The notes below the pieces were generated by a model. That model did no database searches. It saw only the letters and a program-made list of their open reading frames with translations, and had not been told where the DNA came from. Position numbers and translations under genes: made by a program. Below, piece by piece: positions 59,306 through 64,000 of a DNA stretch of 64,000 nucleotides. How positions within the stretch are numbered: position 1 is the first letter of the stretch; each line of letters opens with the position of its first letter. Origin of the DNA: Candidatus Bathyarchaeia archaeon (lineage in GTDB: Archaea; Thermoproteota; Bathyarchaeia; Bathyarchaeales; Bathycorpusculaceae); NCBI GenBank assembly GCA_049521795.1, contig JBEKOM010000003.1, positions 128,001-192,000 of the forward strand, given 5' to 3'.

Positions 59306-59620
59306 CTATTTGGCTTTTAGCATTTTCATGGCTTCTTCCATGCCCGTCGCCAATTTGACTTCGGCTGTTTCGTACTTGCCTAGTGCCAGAGCTTCTGGTT
59401 CCATATTGGCTTTTTGGAAAGCTTCTAGACTTGGGGCTTCGATTATAAAGACGCTCAGATGTTCTGAAATGACACCTCCACCCCAAAGCATCTTCATTTT
59501 GTATTTCTTCGATATTTTGTCCATGTTGCTAAACCAGTCCACGTAGGTCTTTCTTGTTTTTTCATTGAACAGCGGGCAGTTTTCGGGCGCATGCCTTGTA
59601 ATCATCAAGAATGTAGGCAT
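59306..59620 (-). CDS. Hypothetical protein
   Basis: MPTFLMITRHAPENCP...EH...IIEAPS; GGAG upstream. Confidence 0.65.
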   Translation of the reverse strand: MPTFLMITRHAPENCPLFNEKTRKTYVDWFSNMDKISKKYKMKMLWGGGVISEHLSVFIIEAPSLEAFQKANMEPEALALGKYETAEVKLATGMEEAMKMLKAK

Positions 59621-59729
59621 ATCAAAACGCTCCAAATTATCATTTCTACAAACTATATAAAAGACTTTGCTTTTTTCAAAAAAAGTCTCAGCTTTATGGA
59701 ATTTTACTTAAATGAAAAATAATCCCTTT

Positions 59730-59884
59730 TTGCCTGTCTGTGTGTTTGTCTGTTTGTGTGTGTCTGTCTGTGTGTGTCTGTCTGTTGGTGTCAGTAGGTA
59801 GTAGTAAGTAGAAGTGGGAAGGAGAGGGAAAGGGAAGAAAGGGGAAGTAGAAGGAAGTTTGTGTGTGTGGGTAAAGTTTTATCC
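59730..59884 (+). repeat. Low-complexity (TGTY)n/(GAAG)n tract ending in the 17-bp motif
   Basis: TGGGTAAAGTTTTATCC at 59868. Confidence 0.75.
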
Positions 59885-60480
59885 CAGACACTAGACCCTT
59901 GACTCAACCATTTTCATGACTTCTAAGTGTCTTGAGTTCTCGAGTTGGACTATCTGCTTAGCGCGCGTCGCCGTTTTGATCGCGCGGTTGCTGGACTTGA
60001 ACCCGTTTGGGTTCGAATCCCCTAGAGGTCAATCCCAGAAACGGTACGAATCCTTATAGTTCTGCTTTTGTTTCGCATGCGCGAAATTAGCGCACGCACT
60101 TCAATTTGTTACACTTGATGGTTCTTTCTACATTCTGCAAAACTTCTCGATATCACAATTTGTTACAGTCCGGTCGTCAAAAGAATTTCGCGGTCAGTAT
60201 GCAAATAGCGGCGCGGCCTTTATGCACGAGCACGCGCGCCTAGGTCTGGAGACAAACTATGCGCGCACTAACGTTGGCTATGATCGTCGGCTTATGTACT
60301 TGCCTGACGAACGCTTGAAGCATCCCAGTGCCCAAGTGCATTCTTGTTGGACAGATAAACAATAAGATTTATTAAGATATAAGATATCTCCCTCACTAAA
60401 CCGTACGGACAAGCCTGACTCTAAACCCGGGAGATCAACACTTGAAAGGCCACGATTCCAGCAGAAGATTCTTCTCAGTA

Positions 60481-62409
60481 ATGAATGCAAGCGCATTCTG
60501 GATTCTCACAGTTCTAGCCATCTTGACTCTGGTTTCCTCAGCGATCACGCGTCCCGCCTACGGAGGATCAATGGGGCTTGGGAACCTTCCAGGACCGTTT
60601 GTCTCCTCTGACGGAACTATGAACTGCACTGCTGTTGTCGCTTCAAGTGTTGGGCATGGGCCTTGTGGTGGTGCTAACACGATGGACGTGATGGGCGCCA
60701 TACTCGTGGGAGGCGAATTTGGCTTGAAAACCAACAACGGCAACGGCACATTGGAGGCAACGATGGATGACTATGTTTCAACCTACAACTTTACTACTGC
60801 GAAAGTTCAACTTGGGGATCTTTCGTCGAATCTGATCGTGATCGGCGGTCCGGGTGTCAACCAGATAACGTGGTACTACAACAACCTGAGGAACAGTAGC
60901 GGCGACAGAGTGTTACCCGTCTACTTCGACAAGTTCCCAAACGGAACCGACTACATCTACGCGGTTGCTACCAGCAATTCCTACACGATCGAGCGCGATG
61001 GTCTGGGCAGGGTGTCAGCCGACTACGGTGTCATTTTGATGTTTCAGGATGGGCCACGTTTTGTTCTTATCCTCGCCGGACTGGGTGGGTCTGGCACAGC
61101 AGCTGCTTGCCAAATCATCTCGTCGTATGGCAGTTGGAACCTACAGGGAGCCGCGGCAATCGTGAAGTACAGCGACACGAACGGTGACGGATTGCTAGAC
61201 ACTCTTTCTGTCGTGGAAGAGGCTTCAGGGCCGATAAGCACGTTTAATGTAGCTAGCTTCCTGTCGTTCGGACTGTTTTCAGCCGCGCTGTTGCCCAAGT
61301 TGAAGGCTCAGAGACGGAGGTTTCCATCCAGGCGTCAACTGTTAAGGCTTTCAATAGTTCTGCTCCTCTTGTTGGCAGTCTCGCAAATCGCATTAATCGC
61401 TTTCTCAGATAGTCCGGGCCCTGATTTATACACCTTTAAGGATTTCTCGCATCCATTTGTCTCCTCTGGTGGTTTATTTAACTGCACCGCTGTTGTTGCT
61501 TCAAGTGTTGGACATGGTCCTTGTGGCGGTGCTAACACGATGGACGTGATGGGCGCCATCATGGTCGGCGCTCGGTTCGGGATGGATGCAACCGGAGGGT
61601 CTTTGTGTTCAACTCTGGACGATTACATTTCATCATACGATATGAACACGGGACAAATGAACCTCTCTTCTTTGACAAGCAACCTCGTGGTTGTTGGCGG
61701 TCCGGGTGTCAACCAGATAACGTGGTACTACAACAACCTGAGGAACAGTAGCGGCGACAGAGTGTTACCCGTCTACTTCGACAAGTTCCCAAACGGAACC
61801 GACTACATCTACGTGCCTTCAAGCGGTCATTACTACACCGTTGAACATGACTCTCAGGGAAGAGTGAGCGCAGACTACGGAGTGGTAACCCTTTTTCAAG
61901 ACACCACGCATGGCTGGTGGGTGCTCATTGCTGCAGGTCTAGGAGGGGCAGGAACGCTTGCAGCATTGAGGCTATTGACAACCTATAGAAGCTGGAGCCT
62001 TTTTGGCCAGGGTGTTGTGGTCAAGGATTCTGACACCAATGGAGACGGGTACTTGGACACGATAAGCGTTCCGGAGCTCGTGGGGGTTGGAAATAGTATG
62101 GACGTTTTCTGCGATGTTAATTGCCGAAACGCGATTCGATCAATAGATTGGGGAGCCCTCACTCCGGGGGAGACAAAAAACGTGACAGTTTACGTTAGAA
62201 ATGAAGGGCAAGGAGGCATCGTTCTTGCGTTGAACATCTCTGATTGGACTCCGCCAACGGCTTCAAACTACCTGAGCATAGGATGGAACTATTCAGGAGG
62301 TGTCGTCCAGTCTGGGCAGACTGTGCCGATCATGCTCACGTTGAACGTGAACTCAAGCGTTACAGGTGTTACTGACTTCGGAGTTAACATCACGATTAGT
62401 TCCGATTGA
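60481..62409 (+). CDS. S-layer-like surface protein with internal duplication
   Basis: Two copies of NL.V.GGPGVNQIT...ADYGV...AGLGG.GT; signal peptide. Confidence 0.75.
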   Translation: MNASAFWILTVLAILTLVSSAITRPAYGGSMGLGNLPGPFVSSDGTMNCTAVVASSVGHGPCGGANTMDVMGAILVGGEFGLKTNNGNGTLEATMDDYVSTYNFTTAKVQLGDLSSNLIVIGGPGVNQITWYYNNLRNSSGDRVLPVYFDKFPNGTDYIYAVATSNSYTIERDGLGRVSADYGVILMFQDGPRFVLILAGLGGSGTAAACQIISSYGSWNLQGAAAIVKYSDTNGDGLLDTLSVVEEASGPISTFNVASFLSFGLFSAALLPKLKAQRRRFPSRRQLLRLSIVLLLLLAVSQIALIAFSDSPGPDLYTFKDFSHPFVSSGGLFNCTAVVASSVGHGPCGGANTMDVMGAIMVGARFGMDATGGSLCSTLDDYISSYDMNTGQMNLSSLTSNLVVVGGPGVNQITWYYNNLRNSSGDRVLPVYFDKFPNGTDYIYVPSSGHYYTVEHDSQGRVSADYGVVTLFQDTTHGWWVLIAAGLGGAGTLAALRLLTTYRSWSLFGQGVVVKDSDTNGDGYLDTISVPELVGVGNSMDVFCDVNCRNAIRSIDWGALTPGETKNVTVYVRNEGQGGIVLALNISDWTPPTASNYLSIGWNYSGGVVQSGQTVPIMLTLNVNSSVTGVTDFGVNITISSD

Positions 62410-62510
62410 GACGCGTTAGAATTGGTATCATGATTCGCAATACATAATACTTAATACTTCTCCAGATGAAAAAACGTTAATGGACAGATAGAACCTGCGG
62501 CTTGATTCTC

Positions 62511-63854
62511 ATGTTTCAACTGCGTCGTTTAGCAATCAGTATTCCGAAGCGAGGCTACTTTGTGGCAGGATTGCTGCTTCGACTGGTTCTTGCGCCCTTT
62601 CTGAGTCATCCGTTTGACATGCGGGTCTTCATGGCGGTCGGTGTCGCAGTGTCCAAGGGGATAACCCCTTACGGTCAGTATGTCCTTCAGAACATGTTTG
62701 CCGCAACACCGCAGTTGCATCTTTATGGGACGTTTCAAGGCATAGGGTATCCGCCACTTTGGGGTCTGATGACCGGATGCATGTACGCGCTGTCTTCGGT
62801 CTTTGCTCCGAACAATTTGTATGCGTACGTTCTTGCTCTGAAGCTTCCTGTGATCGTGGGAGAAATGGCGCTTGCCATCTTGGTCTACAACATTTTGAAG
62901 GCTCAGGCCAACGAGAAGATTGCCAAGGCGGCCTTTCTCCTGTTCATCTTCTGCCCTTTCATAATGGTTGTGGGCACCGTGTGGGGCATGTTTGACGTCA
63001 TTGCACTCGTCTTTGCTTTACTGTCTGCCTATGTTCTTCTTCGCGATTGGAAACTGTCTGCGGTTTTCTTGTCAGTGTCCTCTCTCCTCAAGCTCTTTCC
63101 CCTCGTCCTCGCTCCATTGTATTCCATTTTTCTCTACAAATCCACCCGGAGCCTGAAGCTTGCCGTTAGTTTCCTTGTATCTACAGTTGCTGTCACAGCT
63201 GTTTTTACTTTTCTTCCGATGATCTTGTTCAACTGGCCGATTTCTAATATGTACAATGCTCTCACTTATCAATTCACGACAGCCAATCCTTCGTATGACA
63301 ACGCCGCCTCTTTTCCCTACGGGGCTGCGAGTCCCTTTAACGCTTTCACTCTTCTGAATAATCTGGCACACAGCAGCATACAACCGGTCGCGCTGTCTGT
63401 CTACATTTGGATCCCGGCATGCGTTGCGGTCTACGTGCTTCTTCTCCGTGGCCGGACGTCTGTCACGGTTAAGGAAGTGGGCGCCAGCACAGATTTTGCC
63501 CTCATTGTGCAGTGGTCGCTGCTTCTCTTTCTAACGTTGTTTACCACGCGGGCCTGGGTTTCTGAGCAGAACCTCATCTTTCTCTTTGTTTTTTTCTCTC
63601 TAAGCGTGTTTCTACAGTATCGTAAGGAGTTGTACAAAGTGCAATTGTTATGGTTGCTTCTGTTCATTTTTGTGTTGGTGCATGTGCCCGCGATATCGTT
63701 CTTGTGGCTTCCGTTACCGTGGACACTCAACGTAGCCAGCGCTTTTGCCGACGGTCCATTCGGATGGACTAGGCTGCTGCTTATGACCGGGTTGACCTTA
63801 AGCTGGCTTGCCTTGTGCTGGCACTACGTTGCCAGAAAGCTGAGGTGGTGGTGA
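62511..63854 (+). CDS. GT-C fold membrane glycosyltransferase (GT87/PIG-M-like)
   Basis: LRL.LAP...HPFD, GYPPLW, KLP, VWGMFD, KLFP; many TM segments. Confidence 0.8.
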   Translation: MFQLRRLAISIPKRGYFVAGLLLRLVLAPFLSHPFDMRVFMAVGVAVSKGITPYGQYVLQNMFAATPQLHLYGTFQGIGYPPLWGLMTGCMYALSSVFAPNNLYAYVLALKLPVIVGEMALAILVYNILKAQANEKIAKAAFLLFIFCPFIMVVGTVWGMFDVIALVFALLSAYVLLRDWKLSAVFLSVSSLLKLFPLVLAPLYSIFLYKSTRSLKLAVSFLVSTVAVTAVFTFLPMILFNWPISNMYNALTYQFTTANPSYDNAASFPYGAASPFNAFTLLNNLAHSSIQPVALSVYIWIPACVAVYVLLLRGRTSVTVKEVGASTDFALIVQWSLLLFLTLFTTRAWVSEQNLIFLFVFFSLSVFLQYRKELYKVQLLWLLLFIFVLVHVPAISFLWLPLPWTLNVASAFADGPFGWTRLLLMTGLTLSWLALCWHYVARKLRWW

Positions 63855-64000
63855 CGAAGGTACTAACGCTTCTTTTGCACGATGAGCGTTTCAGCGGATG
63901 GACGCCACGAGACAAGCTTGTTCGCCAGCACTTTTCAACGCAGTACCTGCGTTTTTACAGGCATAAAGGCGCAGACCCGATGCTGTACACTTTTCACGAG
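63851..64000 (+). CDS. Partial ORF running off the window edge (possibly a glycosyltransferase)
   Basis: GTGA overlap with the upstream stop; 50 open codons. Confidence 0.5.
   Translation, partial: MTKVLTLLLHDERFSGWTPRDKLVRQHFSTQYLRFYRHKGADPMLYTFHE

Noticed and set aside
59993-60053. GGTTCGAATCC suggesting a tRNA gene (also at 48624, 48805, 55142 and 28224)
   Set aside because: No acceptor stem, D-arm or anticodon arm can be folded; these are local hairpins or fragments
60102-60167. 12-bp direct repeat CAATTTGTTACA (60102 and 60156)
   Set aside because: Only two AT-rich copies with no linked feature; may be chance
46717-60266. Classical integron with attC sites
   Set aside because: No intI gene and no consistent RYYYAAC...GTTRRRY boxes; gene orientations are mixed

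Overview
Archaeal DNA, most likely Candidatus Bathyarchaeia. This is inferred from GGTGA/GGAG ribosome-binding sites, TATA boxes, frequent TTG/GTG starts, cohesin/dockerin surface proteins and an archaea-specific SMC-related ATPase. 1-19 kb is a redox/Fe-S/oxidative-stress cluster: flavodoxin, ferritin-like protein, ferredoxins, a two-subunit group-3-like [NiFe] hydrogenase, HtrA, rubrerythrin, thioredoxin, BirA, tusA-iscS-iscU, SOD, USP, glutaredoxin plus ferredoxin:disulfide reductase, nth and ldh. 19-38 kb holds an ABC exporter, surface proteins, mtnP/apt, zinc-ribbon proteins, Lhr helicase and a QueG-like protein. 38-60 kb is an accessory island with two notable systems. (1) A translationally coupled six-gene operon (two Zn-ribbon/wHTH-like proteins, a minimal AAA+ ATPase, two small proteins and a ClsN/Sph-type SMC-like ATPase) lies divergent from a PAPS-reductase-ferredoxin gene and next to restriction-like nucleases; it is a candidate undescribed defence or DNA-modification system. 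(2) An array of unrelated single genes and gene fragments has boundaries marked by (GC)n palindromes, a recurrent 17-bp pseudo-palindrome with low-complexity linkers and T-arm-like hairpins, and includes a probable tyrosine-integrase remnant; it is a candidate cassette-capture system. The window ends in an S-layer-like/glycosylation locus. No tRNA, rRNA or CRISPR array was seen. All family assignments come from motif recognition by eye; no database searches were run.
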